A stretch of DNA of 64,000 nt from Burkholderiales bacterium (GCA_036522275.1 DATDGC010000057.1:7561-71560); one strand, 5' to 3'. Positions 1 to 11,037 are shown, counted from the stretch's first letter. Numbers and translations: made by a program. Notes: generated from the letters alone by a model not told the origin.

Positions 1-477
1 GCCTTCGGATATAGTGATTGATACTAACGTTTTTATGCACGCAGGGGAGCCGAATGAGGTTTTCTTTTCGGCTTCCAAGAAATTCTTGGAGCATTTTGAG
101 AAAGCAACTACCTTATGTGCATTGATAAGCAGAGCAAGGATTCCCCAAGTAATGATTCTCGGAGCCTAATATTTGCTGAATACAAGAGTAAAATGTTACC
201 CGGCGTGTTAGGCTTTGCGATATTAGCTAGACTAGCTAGTAGTCGCCGACTTAAATCTGTATCACGTGATGTCGGCCCAGTGATAAATCAGGCGGTTATT
301 CGGCTAGTTCCAAGGAACAAACGGGATCGAACTTTCTTGAAGGTCGCAAATAACTCAGAAGAGAAACTGCTTATTTCAAATGATCTGAATGATTTTACCC
401 TGCAAGTTCGAGCACAAATTAAAAAGAAACTATCAATTAAGGTAAAAACAGCCTCTGTTCAATGGCACAGCCTATAG
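1..477 (+). pseudogene. PIN-like nuclease domain gene, 5' end cut by the window edge, apparently frameshifted
   Basis: Frame 2 (2..169, stop TAA 167-169) reads PSDIVIDTNVFMHAGEPNEVFF, a PIN-type N-terminal motif. The C-terminal half (IFAEY ... KRDRTFLKVANNSEEKLLISNDLNDF) lies in frame 1 (ORF 115..477). Frame 1 is closed upstream of 115, so a single protein needs a 1-nt shift within 115-169. Confidence 0.45.
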
Positions 478-484
478 TAACCTA

Positions 485-1024
485 TTACGAACCTAGCTCT
501 TCTAACAAGCTTACTAAATCGTCAGCGTGTTCTTCTTCCATCGCCAGGATGCCTTCCATCATGCGGCGGGTGGTGGGGTCGTCGTTGCCGACGTAGGCAA
601 TCATTTCCCGGTAGCTGTCGATGGCAATTCGTTCAGCGACCAGGTCTTCCTTGATCATGTCAATCAGCGTCTCGCCCTCGACGTATTCCGCATGGCTGCG
701 GGTGAGTAATCCTACGGGCGAGAAATTCGGCTCGCCTCCAAGCTGCACAATGCGCTGCGCAATCTGGTCGGCGTGCATCTGCTCTTCGTTTGCGTGCTGC
801 AGGAATTCCTGGGCCACACTTGTTGCATTGATTCCAGCGGCCATGAAGTGGTGGCGCCTGTAGCGGAGCACACAGACGATTTCCGTCGCAAGCGCCTCGT
901 TCAGCAGCTTGACGACGGTTTCGCGGTTTCCCTTGTAGCCAGGAGTGACCGCGCCTTGCTCGATGTGCTGGCGCGCGCGCTTGCGCAGGGTTTTGATGTC
1001 GGTCAGAAAAGGTTTGTTGGCCAT
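485..1024 (-). CDS. ferritin-like / bacterioferritin-family protein
   Basis: ORF 485..1036. The ATG at 1024 is preceded by GGAG. Four-helix di-iron type motifs are present (EALATEI, EEQMHAD, EEEHADD). Confidence 0.75.
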   Translation of the reverse strand: MANKPFLTDIKTLRKRARQHIEQGAVTPGYKGNRETVVKLLNEALATEIVCVLRYRRHHFMAAGINATSVAQEFLQHANEEQMHADQIAQRIVQLGGEPNFSPVGLLTRSHAEYVEGETLIDMIKEDLVAERIAIDSYREMIAYVGNDDPTTRRMMEGILAMEEEHADDLVSLLEELGS

Positions 1025-1145
1025 GATTTTCTCCAAGAGAGAGGGGGAGGTTACACTCTGGAGATTAGCATATTTAGTGAGCGGTTAGAGTAGTGATTTT
1101 CTTTAAATTCATTCAAAGGTTCGATTGTGAAGACTCTCCACGCTT

Positions 1146-1652
1146 TCAATGGTTATGGCCATTACCAACTTCCCGCTGCTTGAAGGTTCCCTTTACCAAG
1201 TCTGCTTGATCGAAAATTACAGAAAAGAGGGCTGTCTGGCTCCAGGTGTCCCTGTAGCGATAATCCCAGGATGTATCGTCTGTGCGTGGAAATTTTATGG
1301 TTTGAAAAGGAGGCCCAATCAGGTGAAGCACATAGTCCTGAGTCATGCCCGGGATGATTTGAGCGAAACGCTCATCATTCAGCACTTGTTCGATTAATTC
1401 GAGTCTGCCACTCGCATCAAACCTGACCAGATAAGTTTCCAATCCCAAAGGCCCGCGCGGATAAGCCCAGACGGATCCACCGGGTGTTTCCCATGTGGCG
1501 GCGGGTGCACCCATTTCCTCCCGGACTTCGGTTTCGGTGGCGATACCCGGCTTGAGCCCGCGGCCGCTATACGATGCGCAGCCGGCAAGCAGCGCCAGAA
1601 TCGTCAACCCGAGTAATGCCGACCTAAACAAACGCACAACTTCCATCTTCAC
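1146..1652 (-). CDS. BamE/SmpA-OmlA-like outer-membrane lipoprotein
   Basis: Signal peptide plus lipobox (LLAGC). Two BamE-like repeats (TETEVREEMGAP, GMTQDYVLHLIGPP). 4-nt overlap with the upstream polymerase gene. Confidence 0.6.
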   Translation of the reverse strand: MKMEVVRLFRSALLGLTILALLAGCASYSGRGLKPGIATETEVREEMGAPAATWETPGGSVWAYPRGPLGLETYLVRFDASGRLELIEQVLNDERFAQIIPGMTQDYVLHLIGPPFQTIKFPRTDDTSWDYRYRDTWSQTALFSVIFDQADLVKGTFKQREVGNGHNH

Positions 1653-2872
1653 TCGTCTCCTTCAATCACGGGATCGGGAATATGGTTGAAGGCAATCCGC
1701 ATGGGAGCGGAGTTGAGCGCGAAATGCGCGCCGCCGAAATAAACAGTGTTTTTACCGTAGCGCAGGTTCAGCGAATCAATTATCGCATTCAGCTTGTCAT
1801 GGGATTTTCCGGTGTCGAATAAAGACCATGATTGATTGGTTTGCTCGTTCAAATCCAACAGGGTGATGACCACGGCAATCGGGACCATCTTGGTATTGGG
1901 GTATTTCTTCCACATCGTCGCAAGAGCATTGAGCAATTGCAAAGTATCCTGCGTCGGGTCAAAGCGGGCCTGATTTTCCCAGCTTTCACCATTGATATGC
2001 TTGACCTTGATATGCATCGCCCCGGTGATACGTTTGTAGCTGCGCAGGCGCATCGCCGCTTTCTGCGTTAACCGGTGCAGCACTGAGTATGCTGCATCCC
2101 GCGAGCGCAGATCCGGCGGCAGCACGTGGGAGTGTCCCACGCTTCCACGCTGCGAGGGCAGGGTGGGCACGACTTCGCCGCGCAGCCTCGCATACATTCT
2201 TTCCCCTTCGATGCTGCCCCAAGCGATGTGCAATTGTTGTTTGCCTGCGGAACACAGCTTCTTGACCGAATCAATGCCGTGTTCATTGAGGCGTTTTTCC
2301 ATATTCCTGCCGATACCGCACAAATCTCTTAGCTCCAGGCGGTACAGGCAATCCGGCAAATCGGCATTATCAATCACCACGCAGCCGTCGGGTTTTTGCA
2401 TGTCGGAAGCGACTTTGGCGAGGAAAGTGTTGGGCGCAATGCCGATGGAACAGCACAGCGCCTCCCCGACTGTGCCGTAGATTTTGCGTTTGATAGTTTT
2501 GGCAAGATCAAGCGCCCGGCTGCGCTGTTGCTGGCTGCCGGTGAGCTCGCACGCCATTTCGTCTATCGAACACACTGTCTCGACATGCGTGCAGGATTCC
2601 ACCGCTTCCACCAGTTTGTGATGGTATTCGATGTAAATGGCAGGGCGCGCTTCAACAAAGTTAATTGCAGGGCAGAGCCGCTTCGCTTCCCGCACCGGCG
2701 TTCCAGTTTTGACGCCGAATTCTTTCGCCTCATAGCTCGCGGCGATGCAGCAGGTGGTATCGGCGAGCACCGGCAACACGGCAGTGGGCTTGCCCCGCAA
2801 CTCGGGAAGCAATTCTTGCTCTACCGAAGCGAAGTAGGAATTGAAATCAACGTACAGCGCGCGCAGGGTCAT
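1649..2872 (-). CDS. Y-family DNA polymerase (DinB/ImpB/UmuC-like)
   Basis: 407-aa ORF. The N-terminus MTLRALYVDFNSYFASVEQ is the Y-family catalytic motif. The start overlaps the glnS end by 26 nt. Confidence 0.8.
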   Translation of the reverse strand: MTLRALYVDFNSYFASVEQELLPELRGKPTAVLPVLADTTCCIAASYEAKEFGVKTGTPVREAKRLCPAINFVEARPAIYIEYHHKLVEAVESCTHVETVCSIDEMACELTGSQQQRSRALDLAKTIKRKIYGTVGEALCCSIGIAPNTFLAKVASDMQKPDGCVVIDNADLPDCLYRLELRDLCGIGRNMEKRLNEHGIDSVKKLCSAGKQQLHIAWGSIEGERMYARLRGEVVPTLPSQRGSVGHSHVLPPDLRSRDAAYSVLHRLTQKAAMRLRSYKRITGAMHIKVKHINGESWENQARFDPTQDTLQLLNALATMWKKYPNTKMVPIAVVITLLDLNEQTNQSWSLFDTGKSHDKLNAIIDSLNLRYGKNTVYFGGAHFALNSAPMRIAFNHIPDPVIEGDE

Positions 2873-4562
2873 GCTTGGTCCAGGAGTCGCGCAGAGTGAC
2901 TGCGCGGTTGAATACGGGCTTGCCGGGTTTCGTGTTTTTTAAGTCCGCCACGAAATACCCGTGCCGCTCAAACTGGAAGCGGTCCTCGGGTTTGGCTGAT
3001 GCCAGGCCGGGCTCGAGATAGGCGCTAATCACTTCTTTGGAGTGCGGATTCAGAAATTCCTTATAGTCCTTGCCGCCGGCGTCGGGATGCGGATGAACGA
3101 ACAGCCGGTCGTAGAGCCGCACTTCAGCCTGGAGTGCTTGTGCGGCTGAAAGCCAGTGGATGTTGCCTTTTACCTTGCGCGCTTCAGCTCCCGCGGTGCC
3201 GCTTTTGCTTTGCGGATCGTAAGTGCAATGAATGGCTTCGATTTCGCCTTGCTTGTTTTTTTCCACCTTCACGCATTTGACGATATAGGCATAACGCAAC
3301 CGGACTTCGGCGTTCGGCGAGAGGCGGAAATAGCCTTTGGGCGGGTTTCCCATGAAATCCTCGCGCTCGATATAGAGCGTTTTGGAAAACGGCAGCCTGC
3401 GCTTGCCCAGTTCCGGCTTTTGCGGATGGTTGGGCGCTTCGCATTCCTCTACTTTGCCCTCTGGATAATTATCAATGATGAGCTTGAGCGGTTTCAGAAC
3501 GGCGATGCGGCGCTTGGCGCGTTCATTCAAATCATCGCGCAGCGCGTCTTCCAGCATGCCGATATCAATCCACGAATCCGCTTTGGAGACGCCGATGCGC
3601 TCGCAAAACAGGCGTATGGATTCCGGCGTGTAACCGCGGCGGCGCACGCCGACCAGGGTGTTCATGCGTGGGTCGTCCCAGCCGTCAACATTTTTGCCTT
3701 CGACAAGTTCAATGAGTTTCCTCTTGCTCATCACGGTATAGGTAAGGTTCAATCGCGCGAACTCGATTTGCTGCGGCAACGGGCGCTTGAGATGCCCGTC
3801 GTTGGCCAACTCGTTCAGCACCCAGTCGTAAAGCGGACGGTGGTCTTCAAACTCCAGCGTGCAAATGGAGTGGGTGATGTTTTCCAGCGCATCGGAAATG
3901 CAGTGGGTGTAGTCGTAAAGCGGGTAAATGCACCATTTGCCGCCGGTGCGGTGGTGATCCGCGTGACGGATGCGGTAAATCGCGGGATCGCGCATGTTGA
4001 TGTTGGGCGAGGCCATGTCAATCTTGAGCCGCAGCACGTGCGTGCCGTCGGGAAATTCACCTGCCTTCATGCGACGGAATAAATTGAGGTTTTCCTCGAC
4101 CGGGCGGTTGCGGTAGGGACTCTCTTTGCCCGCTTCGGTCAATGTGCCGCGGTGTTGGCGGATTTCGTCCGCACTAAGGCTGTCGACGTACGCCTTGCCG
4201 GTTTTGATGAAATGCTCGGCGAACTCATAGAGTTTGTCGAAATAGTCGGACGCGTAATAAAGATGTTTGCCCCAGTCGAAACCCACCCAGTGCACCGAAT
4301 CGAGGATGGTATCCACGTATTCCTGCTCCTCCTTGGTCGGGTTGGTGTCGTCAAAGCGCATGTGGCACTCGCCGGCATAATCGCGCGCTAGGCCAAAGTT
4401 GAGGCAGATGGACTTGGCGTGGCCGATGTGCAGATAGCCGTTGGGCTCCGGCGGAAAGCGCGTCTCCACCCGTCCTCCCCACTTGCGGGTGGCGTTGTCC
4501 TGGTCAACGATGTTACGGATGAAGTTGGGCGCGACAGGGAGTTCGTTTGGGGTTTTTGCCAT
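2847..4562 (-). CDS. glnS: glutamine--tRNA ligase
   Basis: 571-aa ORF with a class I HIGH motif (HIGHAKS) and a KMSKS-type motif (VMSKRK). GlnRS-like length and C-terminal domain. Confidence 0.9.
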   Translation of the reverse strand: MAKTPNELPVAPNFIRNIVDQDNATRKWGGRVETRFPPEPNGYLHIGHAKSICLNFGLARDYAGECHMRFDDTNPTKEEQEYVDTILDSVHWVGFDWGKHLYYASDYFDKLYEFAEHFIKTGKAYVDSLSADEIRQHRGTLTEAGKESPYRNRPVEENLNLFRRMKAGEFPDGTHVLRLKIDMASPNINMRDPAIYRIRHADHHRTGGKWCIYPLYDYTHCISDALENITHSICTLEFEDHRPLYDWVLNELANDGHLKRPLPQQIEFARLNLTYTVMSKRKLIELVEGKNVDGWDDPRMNTLVGVRRRGYTPESIRLFCERIGVSKADSWIDIGMLEDALRDDLNERAKRRIAVLKPLKLIIDNYPEGKVEECEAPNHPQKPELGKRRLPFSKTLYIEREDFMGNPPKGYFRLSPNAEVRLRYAYIVKCVKVEKNKQGEIEAIHCTYDPQSKSGTAGAEARKVKGNIHWLSAAQALQAEVRLYDRLFVHPHPDAGGKDYKEFLNPHSKEVISAYLEPGLASAKPEDRFQFERHGYFVADLKNTKPGKPVFNRAVTLRDSWTKHDPARAVR

Positions 4563-4746
4563 GTTCGGAAGCTTTTTTTAACACAAACCAGTCTGAAAGT
4601 TAAAGAAAAACCCCGCTTGCGCTTACTCGGGGAATCACCCCGGTCGTCCAGCGGACCTGAGGGCTGCCTGCCGCAAATTGCTAGGGGCGCCCGCTTGCGG
4701 GCGCCGGAGCGGGCGCGCCAAACACCATCGTCCGTATTTTATCCTA

Positions 4747-4775
4747 TTTATTTTGCTCACATTTTTTGCTACAAT
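4747..4775 (+). promoter_or_regulatory. candidate extended -10 promoter of the rimP-nusA-infB operon
   Basis: TGc-TACAAT at 4767-4775. The -35 (TTTATT, 4747-4752) is weak, with a 17-nt spacer. It lies 68 nt upstream of the rimP ATG. Confidence 0.35.
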
Positions 4776-4804
4776 AGCCAACTTAGATAAGCAAGATGCG
4801 CTTG

Positions 4805-4830
4805 ATGGGCTTTCAGCCCATTTTTTGTTT
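4805..4830 (+). terminator. terminator-like hairpin in the rimP leader (possible attenuator)
   Basis: ATGGGC-tttca-GCCCAT followed by TTTTTGTTTG, ending 13 nt before the rimP ATG. Confidence 0.4.
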
Positions 4831-4842
4831 GTGATTTCGCTT

Positions 4843-5271
4843 ATGGATTTGCGCGAAGTGCTTGAAACCGCGGTGATTGGCCTGGGCTACGAGTTGGTGG
4901 ACCTCGAGATGTCCAACCACGGAAAGCTGCTCAGGGTGTTCATCGATAAGACCGGCGGGATTAGCGTGGGCGATTGCGCGCTGGTTAGCAATCACCTCAT
5001 CCGCTTGTTTGCGGTGGAGAACATCGTTTACGACAGGCTCGAGGTTTCTTCCCCCGGTCTCGACCGGGTCTTGAAAAAACACTCGGATTTCGAGCGTTTT
5101 GCCGGGGAGAGGGCGCAAATCAAGGTGCGGCTGCCCGTATCCGGGCAGAGAAATTTTGTGGGCGTGCTGCGTGGTATCAACGGCGTGTTTTTGCAGCTGG
5201 AAGTGGACGGCAGGATACTGTCGCTGGAACTGGCTAATCTGGAAAAGGCCCGCCTGATACCAAATCTATAA
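4843..5271 (+). CDS. rimP: ribosome maturation factor RimP
   Basis: Internal ATG of ORF 4678..5271. [22 protein letters not shown] is a typical RimP N-terminus. The gene sits immediately upstream of nusA. Confidence 0.85.
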   Translation: MDLREVLETAVIGLGYELVDLEMSNHGKLLRVFIDKTGGISVGDCALVSNHLIRLFAVENIVYDRLEVSSPGLDRVLKKHSDFERFAGERAQIKVRLPVSGQRNFVGVLRGINGVFLQLEVDGRILSLELANLEKARLIPNL

Positions 5272-5282
5272 AGGTGGTAGTT

Positions 5283-6755
5283 ATGAGTCGCGAGATTTTG
5301 TTACTGGTGGATGCCCTGGCGCGCGAAAAAAGCGTGGACAAGGACATCGTTTTTGCTGCGCTCGAATTGGCGCTGGCTTCCGCCACCAAGAAGCGTTTTC
5401 ACGATGATGTCGACGTAAGGGTGGCTGTGGACCGCACCAGCGGGGAATATGCGTCTTTCCGCCGCTGGCAGGTGGTGGCCGACGAGGAGCTGGAAGCGCC
5501 TTCGCGCCAAATGAATTTGGAACAGGCGCAAAAACACAACCCGGAAATTCAGCTTGACGAATATATCGAAGAGCCGCTCGAGACCGTAGAATTCGGCCGC
5601 ATCGGTGCGCAAACCGCGAAGCAGGTGATTTTGCAGAAAATCCGCGATGCCGAGCGCGAGCAGATCCTGAACGATTTCCTGCAGCGCAAAGAGCAGCTGG
5701 TGACTGGCGTGATTAAGCGCATGGAGCGCGGCAACGCAATGATCGAATCCGGCCGCATTGAAGCGCTTTTACCGCGCGACCAGATGATTCCCAAGGAGAA
5801 CTTAAGGGTGGGCGACCGCGTGCGCGCTTATATCATGCGCGTTGACCGCAATACCCGCGGACCGCAACTCATTTTGTCGCGCATCGTTCCCGAATTTCTG
5901 GTGAAGCTATTCGAGCTCGAGGTTCCTGAAATCGAGGAAGGTCTGCTGGAAATCAAAGCCGCCGCCAGAGACCCGGGTTCGCGTGCGAAAATCGCGGTGA
6001 AAGGCAATGACCAGCGCATAGACCCGATTGGAACCTGCGTCGGCATGCGCGGATCAAGGGTGCAGGCGGTGACCGGAGAGCTTGCCGGCGAGAGGGTGGA
6101 CATCATCCTGTGGTCACCAGAGGCAGCGCAGTTCGTGATCAATGCGCTCGCGCCAGCCGAAGTGAGCAGCATCGTTGTGGACGAGGAAAAGCACAGCATG
6201 GATATCGTGGTGGAAGAGGAAAACCTGGCGCAGGCGATAGGCCGCAACGGGCAAAACGTGCGATTGGCGTCCGAACTTAGCGGTTGGGGGCTCAACATCA
6301 TGACTGTTGCTGAGTCCCAGAAAAAAAGCGGTGAAGAATCGGCGAACATCAAGAAGCTCTTCATAGAACGGCTGGATGTGGACGAAGAAGTCGCGGATAT
6401 TCTGGTGCAGGAAGGGTTCAACACCCTGGAGGAAGTGGCCTATGTGCCGCTCAATGAAATGCTGGAAATCGAGGCTCTTGACGAAGAGACGGTCAATGAA
6501 CTCAGGAGCCGCGCGCGCAACGCGCTGCTTAACGAGGCGATAGCCAGCGAAGAACGGGTGGAACATGATGCCGAAGATCTGTTGACCCTCGAAGGCATGG
6601 ACAGCCAAACCGCGCGGGTGCTGGCCGCCAAAGGCGTGACTACCAAGGAAGGGCTGGCGGATCTCGCGGTTGACGATTTACTGGAGATGACCGGAATGGA
6701 TGCCGAGCGCGCCAAGAAGCTCATCATGACGGCTCGCGCGCCGTGGTTTGCTTGA
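5283..6755 (+). CDS. nusA: transcription termination/antitermination factor NusA
   Basis: [19 protein letters not shown]-terminus, S1/KH region, C-terminal acidic repeats, conserved position. Confidence 0.95.
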   Translation: MSREILLLVDALAREKSVDKDIVFAALELALASATKKRFHDDVDVRVAVDRTSGEYASFRRWQVVADEELEAPSRQMNLEQAQKHNPEIQLDEYIEEPLETVEFGRIGAQTAKQVILQKIRDAEREQILNDFLQRKEQLVTGVIKRMERGNAMIESGRIEALLPRDQMIPKENLRVGDRVRAYIMRVDRNTRGPQLILSRIVPEFLVKLFELEVPEIEEGLLEIKAAARDPGSRAKIAVKGNDQRIDPIGTCVGMRGSRVQAVTGELAGERVDIILWSPEAAQFVINALAPAEVSSIVVDEEKHSMDIVVEEENLAQAIGRNGQNVRLASELSGWGLNIMTVAESQKKSGEESANIKKLFIERLDVDEEVADILVQEGFNTLEEVAYVPLNEMLEIEALDEETVNELRSRARNALLNEAIASEERVEHDAEDLLTLEGMDSQTARVLAAKGVTTKEGLADLAVDDLLEMTGMDAERAKKLIMTARAPWFA

Positions 6756-6786
6756 TGAAGTATCGAATAAACATTAGGAAAGTGTC

Positions 6787-9315
6787 ATGGCACAGATGAA
6801 CGTAGAGCAGTTTGCCCAAGAGCTGAAGCTGGATCCTTCACGCTTGATCGAGCAATTGCAGGCGGCCGGGGTCAACAAGAAGCTCGCCGAAGACCTGCTC
6901 TCCGAGCATGACAAGACTCAGCTGCTGGAATACTTGCATCGCGTGCACGGCGCGAAAGACCAGAAAAAGAAAATCACGCTGACCCTCAGGCAAACTTCCG
7001 AGATCAAAAAATCAGACAACACCGGCAAGGCGCACACCATTCAGATCGAGGTGCGCAAAAAGCGCGTGTTTGTGAAACGCGATGGGTCGGCGGCGGAAGA
7101 TGAAGGACGTGAAACCGCACCTATGCTGGATGCCGAGCAGGTGGCACTGCGCGAGGAAGAAGCAAAAAAACAAGCGGAGCTGATCGCGCGGCAAAGTGAA
7201 GAACAGCGCGACAAGCAGGAGAAAAAACGCAAGAAATCCGAAATCAAACCCGATGAACCGCAAGAGGCCAAAGCCGGGCAGCCTGCAACGGGAACTCAGC
7301 CGCCTCCGCCCGGAACCGAAGGCACTCTGCACAAGCCGGCGGTGACTCCCGAGAAAGCGGCAAAGTCGCAGAAAAAAGCCAAGAAGCAGCCCAAGGTCAT
7401 CTGGCAGGACGAGACCGCCCGCAGACGTACTATCAAGACCCGGGGTGATTTCTCCGGCGGCCAGGGCTGGCGCCAACGCAAGGGGCCCAAACCCAGGCAA
7501 CCGCAACAGGAAGGTCAGCCGCAGCAGCCGCACGCGTTCTCCATGCCCATTGAGGCGGCGGTGCACGAAGTGCTGGTGCCCGAAACCATTAGCGTCGCTG
7601 CGCTGGCGCAGAAAATGTCGGTGAAAGCGGCGGAAGTTATCAAAACCCTGATGAAGATGGACACCATGGTAACCATCAACCAGGTGCTGGACCAGGACAC
7701 GGCGATGATTGTAGTTGAAGAAATGGGGCACGTTGCCAAACGCGCCAAGCTGGATGACCCCGAATCACTCTTAAGCGACGAACAGCAACTCAAGGAAGCG
7801 TCTTTACTGCCGCGTGCTCCGGTGGTTACCGTGATGGGGCATGTGGACCACGGCAAGACTTCATTGCTCGATCACATCCGCCGCACGCGGGTGGCAATCG
7901 GCGAAGCCGGCGGGATTACCCAGCATATCGGCGCATATCATGTCGAAACTCCAAGGGGCATGATTACTTTCCTCGATACGCCCGGCCATGAGGCGTTTAC
8001 CGCGATGCGCGCGCGCGGCGCGAAAGCGACCGATATCGTGATTCTTGTGGTGGCGGCGGATGACGGCGTGATGCCGCAAACCATCGAAGCGGTGCATCAC
8101 GCCAAAGCGGCCAAGGTGCCGATTGTAGTCGCGGTGAGCAAGATAGACAAGCCGGAAGCCAATCCCGAGCGCATCAAGCAGGAACTGGTGGCGCAGGAAG
8201 TGGTGCCGGAAGGTTGGGGCGGGGACACCATGTTTGTCGAGGTTTCCGCCAAGACCGGGAAAGGCATTGATGCGCTGCTGGAGAGAGTGCTGCTGCAAGC
8301 CGAAGTGCTGGAGCTCAAGGCTTCCCGGGATACTCCCGCCAAGGGCCTGGTAATCGAGTCACGGCTAGATAAAGGACGCGGGCCGGTTGCCACCATCCTG
8401 GTGCAGTCGGGCACTCTGAGACGTGGTGATGTGCTGCTGGCGGGAGCTGCATTCGGCCGGGTGCGCGGCATGTTCGATGAAGCGGGGCATGTGGTGCAAG
8501 AAGCCGGGCCTTCAATTCCAGTGGAAATCCAGGGTTTATCGGATGTGCCTGTGGCGGGCGAACAGGCGCAGGTGCTTGGCGATGAACGCAAGGCAAGGGA
8601 AATCGCACTGTTCCGGCAAGGCAAGTTCCGCGATGTGAAATTCGCCAAACAACAAGCGGCTAAACTTGAAAACATGTTTGACCAGATGGCGGCAGGCGAA
8701 GCTAAAATGCTTTCGCTGATCATCAAGGCCGACGTGCAGGGCTCGTATGAAGCGCTGACGCACGCTCTGCAAAAACTTTCCACCGAAGAGGTCAAGGTCA
8801 ACGTCATTCACAGCGGGGTCGGCGCCATTACCGAATCCGACATCAACCTGGCGCTCGCTTCGAAGGCCGTGGTCATCGGCTTTAACACCCGCGCCGACAG
8901 CACCGCGCGCAAACTCATCAGCAACGCCGGCGTGGATGTGCGCTACTACAACGTCATTTACGATGCGGTGGACGAAATCAAGGCGGCGCTCTCCGGCATG
9001 CTGGCGCCGGAGCGCAAGGAGAACATCCTCGGCCTCGTGGAAATACGCCAGGTATTCCGCATTTCCAGGGTAGGCGCGGTGGCCGGTTGCTATGTTCTGG
9101 AAGGCATGATCAAGCGCAATTCCATGGTGCGGGTATTGCGCGACCACGTGGTGATACACAGCGGCGAGCTGGATTCGCTGAAGCGCTTCAAGGATGATGC
9201 AAGGGAAGTCAAGGCCGGCTTTGAATGCGGCCTGTCGATCAAGAATTACGATGACATTAAAGTGGGCGACCAGCTGGAGATTTACGAAGTTATCGAGGTC
9301 GCAAGGACATTGTAA
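6787..9315 (+). CDS. infB: translation initiation factor IF-2
   Basis: 842-aa ORF. GTPase motifs [13 protein letters not shown] and SKIDK. Lys/Glu/Pro-rich N-terminal region. Confidence 0.95.
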   Translation: MAQMNVEQFAQELKLDPSRLIEQLQAAGVNKKLAEDLLSEHDKTQLLEYLHRVHGAKDQKKKITLTLRQTSEIKKSDNTGKAHTIQIEVRKKRVFVKRDGSAAEDEGRETAPMLDAEQVALREEEAKKQAELIARQSEEQRDKQEKKRKKSEIKPDEPQEAKAGQPATGTQPPPPGTEGTLHKPAVTPEKAAKSQKKAKKQPKVIWQDETARRRTIKTRGDFSGGQGWRQRKGPKPRQPQQEGQPQQPHAFSMPIEAAVHEVLVPETISVAALAQKMSVKAAEVIKTLMKMDTMVTINQVLDQDTAMIVVEEMGHVAKRAKLDDPESLLSDEQQLKEASLLPRAPVVTVMGHVDHGKTSLLDHIRRTRVAIGEAGGITQHIGAYHVETPRGMITFLDTPGHEAFTAMRARGAKATDIVILVVAADDGVMPQTIEAVHHAKAAKVPIVVAVSKIDKPEANPERIKQELVAQEVVPEGWGGDTMFVEVSAKTGKGIDALLERVLLQAEVLELKASRDTPAKGLVIESRLDKGRGPVATILVQSGTLRRGDVLLAGAAFGRVRGMFDEAGHVVQEAGPSIPVEIQGLSDVPVAGEQAQVLGDERKAREIALFRQGKFRDVKFAKQQAAKLENMFDQMAAGEAKMLSLIIKADVQGSYEALTHALQKLSTEEVKVNVIHSGVGAITESDINLALASKAVVIGFNTRADSTARKLISNAGVDVRYYNVIYDAVDEIKAALSGMLAPERKENILGLVEIRQVFRISRVGAVAGCYVLEGMIKRNSMVRVLRDHVVIHSGELDSLKRFKDDAREVKAGFECGLSIKNYDDIKVGDQLEIYEVIEVARTL

Positions 9316-9377
9316 AGAGTTGTGTGTTGAGTGTTAAGTGTTGTGAGTTTACTCTGAACCCTCAACTAGAATTTGTC

Positions 9378-9746
9378 ATGCCCAAAGACTATCCCAGAAC
9401 CCGGCGCGTTGCCGAACAAATCCAGCGAGAGCTGGCGGAAATTGTGCACCAGGAATTGAAAGATCCGCGGGTGGGCATGATTACGCTTACCAGCGTGGAA
9501 GTGTCACCGGACTACGCCCGCGCCAAGATATTTTTCACGCACCTCGGGGAATCCCGGCAAACCGCCGATACCTTGAGCGGCCTGCAACACGCAGCAGGCT
9601 TTTTGCGCAGCCAGCTGGCGCAGCGCCTCAAGCTGTACGCCGTGCCGGAACTGCATTTTATTTACGATACATCAGTTGAGCGCGGCATACGCCTCTCCGG
9701 CCTGATAGACCAGGCAATTTCGGAAGACAAAAAACACCCGTCTTAA
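9378..9746 (+). CDS. rbfA: 30S ribosome-binding factor RbfA
   Basis: Internal ATG of ORF 9324..9746. The MPKDYPRTRRVAEQIQRELAEI N-terminus is typical of RbfA. Confidence 0.9.
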   Translation: MPKDYPRTRRVAEQIQRELAEIVHQELKDPRVGMITLTSVEVSPDYARAKIFFTHLGESRQTADTLSGLQHAAGFLRSQLAQRLKLYAVPELHFIYDTSVERGIRLSGLIDQAISEDKKHPS

Positions 9747-9752
9747 CCCATC

Positions 9753-10658
9753 TTGCGCAACGTAAAGAGGCAAATCAGCGGCGTTCTGCTCTTCGACAAG
9801 CCAGCGGGGCTCACTTCCAACGCCGCTTTGCAAAAAGTGAAGCGCCTGTTCCAGGCCGCCAAAGCGGGGCATACCGGCACTTTGGACCCGCTGGCCACAG
9901 GTCTTCTGCCGGTTTGTCTAGGTGAAGCGACCAAGTTTTCGCAGGGTTTGCTTGATTCAGGCAAAGCCTATCAAGCCGTGATTAAACTTGGAGAGACCAC
10001 CTCAACGGGCGACGCCGAGGGAGAAATCCTGTCCAGGCAAGCCGTCGATGTTTCCCGCGCTCAGGTAGAAAAAGCCTTGAGCCGTTTGGTCGGCAGTATC
10101 AGCCAGATTCCGCCTATGTATTCTGCCCTGAAGCACCGGGGAAAACCGCTCTACGCTTATGCCAGGGAAGGCAAGCACGTGGAAAGGGCGCCAAGGCAAG
10201 TGCGCATTGAATCTTTGCGGCTCGACAACATTACGCGGGAGGAGATTAAGATCGCCATTCACTGCAGCAAGGGAACTTATATCCGCGTATTGGCCGAAGA
10301 TTTGGGGAAGGGACTGGGATGCGGGGCGTATCTGAAAGCATTGCGCCGTGATGAGGTCGGGCCTTTTCACCTGCATGAAGCGCTCTCGCTGCCGCGGCTT
10401 GAAGCGATGAGCCTGGAACAAAGGGATGCAAGCCTTTTGCCCGTAGACAGTTTATTGCAAGGGCTTCCGGAAATTCTTCTTGAAGACGAATACTGCCGTA
10501 ATTTTTTGCAAGGCCATGCCATATCGCAAGCTGCACTCCCGATTTGCGGAATGGCTAGAGTTTACAATATGAAACAAAGGTTTATAGGTCTTTGCGAAAT
10601 CACAACAGAAGGCAAAATCAAACCCAAGCGGCTGCTTGTCGAGCATAAAGCGCAATAA
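9753..10658 (+). CDS. truB: tRNA pseudouridine(55) synthase TruB
   Basis: GVLLFDKPAGLTSN and HTGTLDPLATG motifs. TTG start, with no in-frame ATG nearby. Confidence 0.9.
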   Translation: MRNVKRQISGVLLFDKPAGLTSNAALQKVKRLFQAAKAGHTGTLDPLATGLLPVCLGEATKFSQGLLDSGKAYQAVIKLGETTSTGDAEGEILSRQAVDVSRAQVEKALSRLVGSISQIPPMYSALKHRGKPLYAYAREGKHVERAPRQVRIESLRLDNITREEIKIAIHCSKGTYIRVLAEDLGKGLGCGAYLKALRRDEVGPFHLHEALSLPRLEAMSLEQRDASLLPVDSLLQGLPEILLEDEYCRNFLQGHAISQAALPICGMARVYNMKQRFIGLCEITTEGKIKPKRLLVEHKAQ

Positions 10659-10710
10659 GACGAAAGCACCAGGGAAACCGTTTGAATTCATAGCCAAAGA
10701 TAATTCTCAC

Positions 10711-10740
10711 TTGAGCATATAAGCGTTTAAAAGGTAAAAT
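10711..10740 (+). promoter_or_regulatory. candidate sigma70 promoter of rpsO
   Basis: TTGAGC (10711-10716), 18-nt spacer, TAAAAT (10735-10740), 27 nt upstream of the rpsO ATG. Confidence 0.4.
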
Positions 10741-10767
10741 GTAGGCCTTTCAATCGGAGAGCAAGTA

Positions 10768-11037
10768 ATGTCAGTAACGACCAACCAAAAGTCAAAAATC
10801 GTGCAGGATTTTCAAATGGCAAAAGGCGATACCGGTTCTCCGGAAGTGCAGGTTGCGCTGTTGACCGCGCGCATTAATGATCTGACCGAGCATTTCAAGG
10901 CGCACGTAAAAGATCACCACTCACGTCAAGGCCTGCTGCGCATGGTAAGCCGCCGCCGCAAGCTGCTGGATTATCTGATGAGTAGCAATGCGGAACGCTA
11001 CCGCAAACTGATCGAACACCTGGGTCTGCGCAAATAG
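10768..11037 (+). CDS. rpsO: 30S ribosomal protein S15
   Basis: 89 aa. [14 protein letters not shown] and [16 protein letters not shown]-type motifs. Confidence 0.95.
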   Translation: MSVTTNQKSKIVQDFQMAKGDTGSPEVQVALLTARINDLTEHFKAHVKDHHSRQGLLRMVSRRRKLLDYLMSSNAERYRKLIEHLGLRK

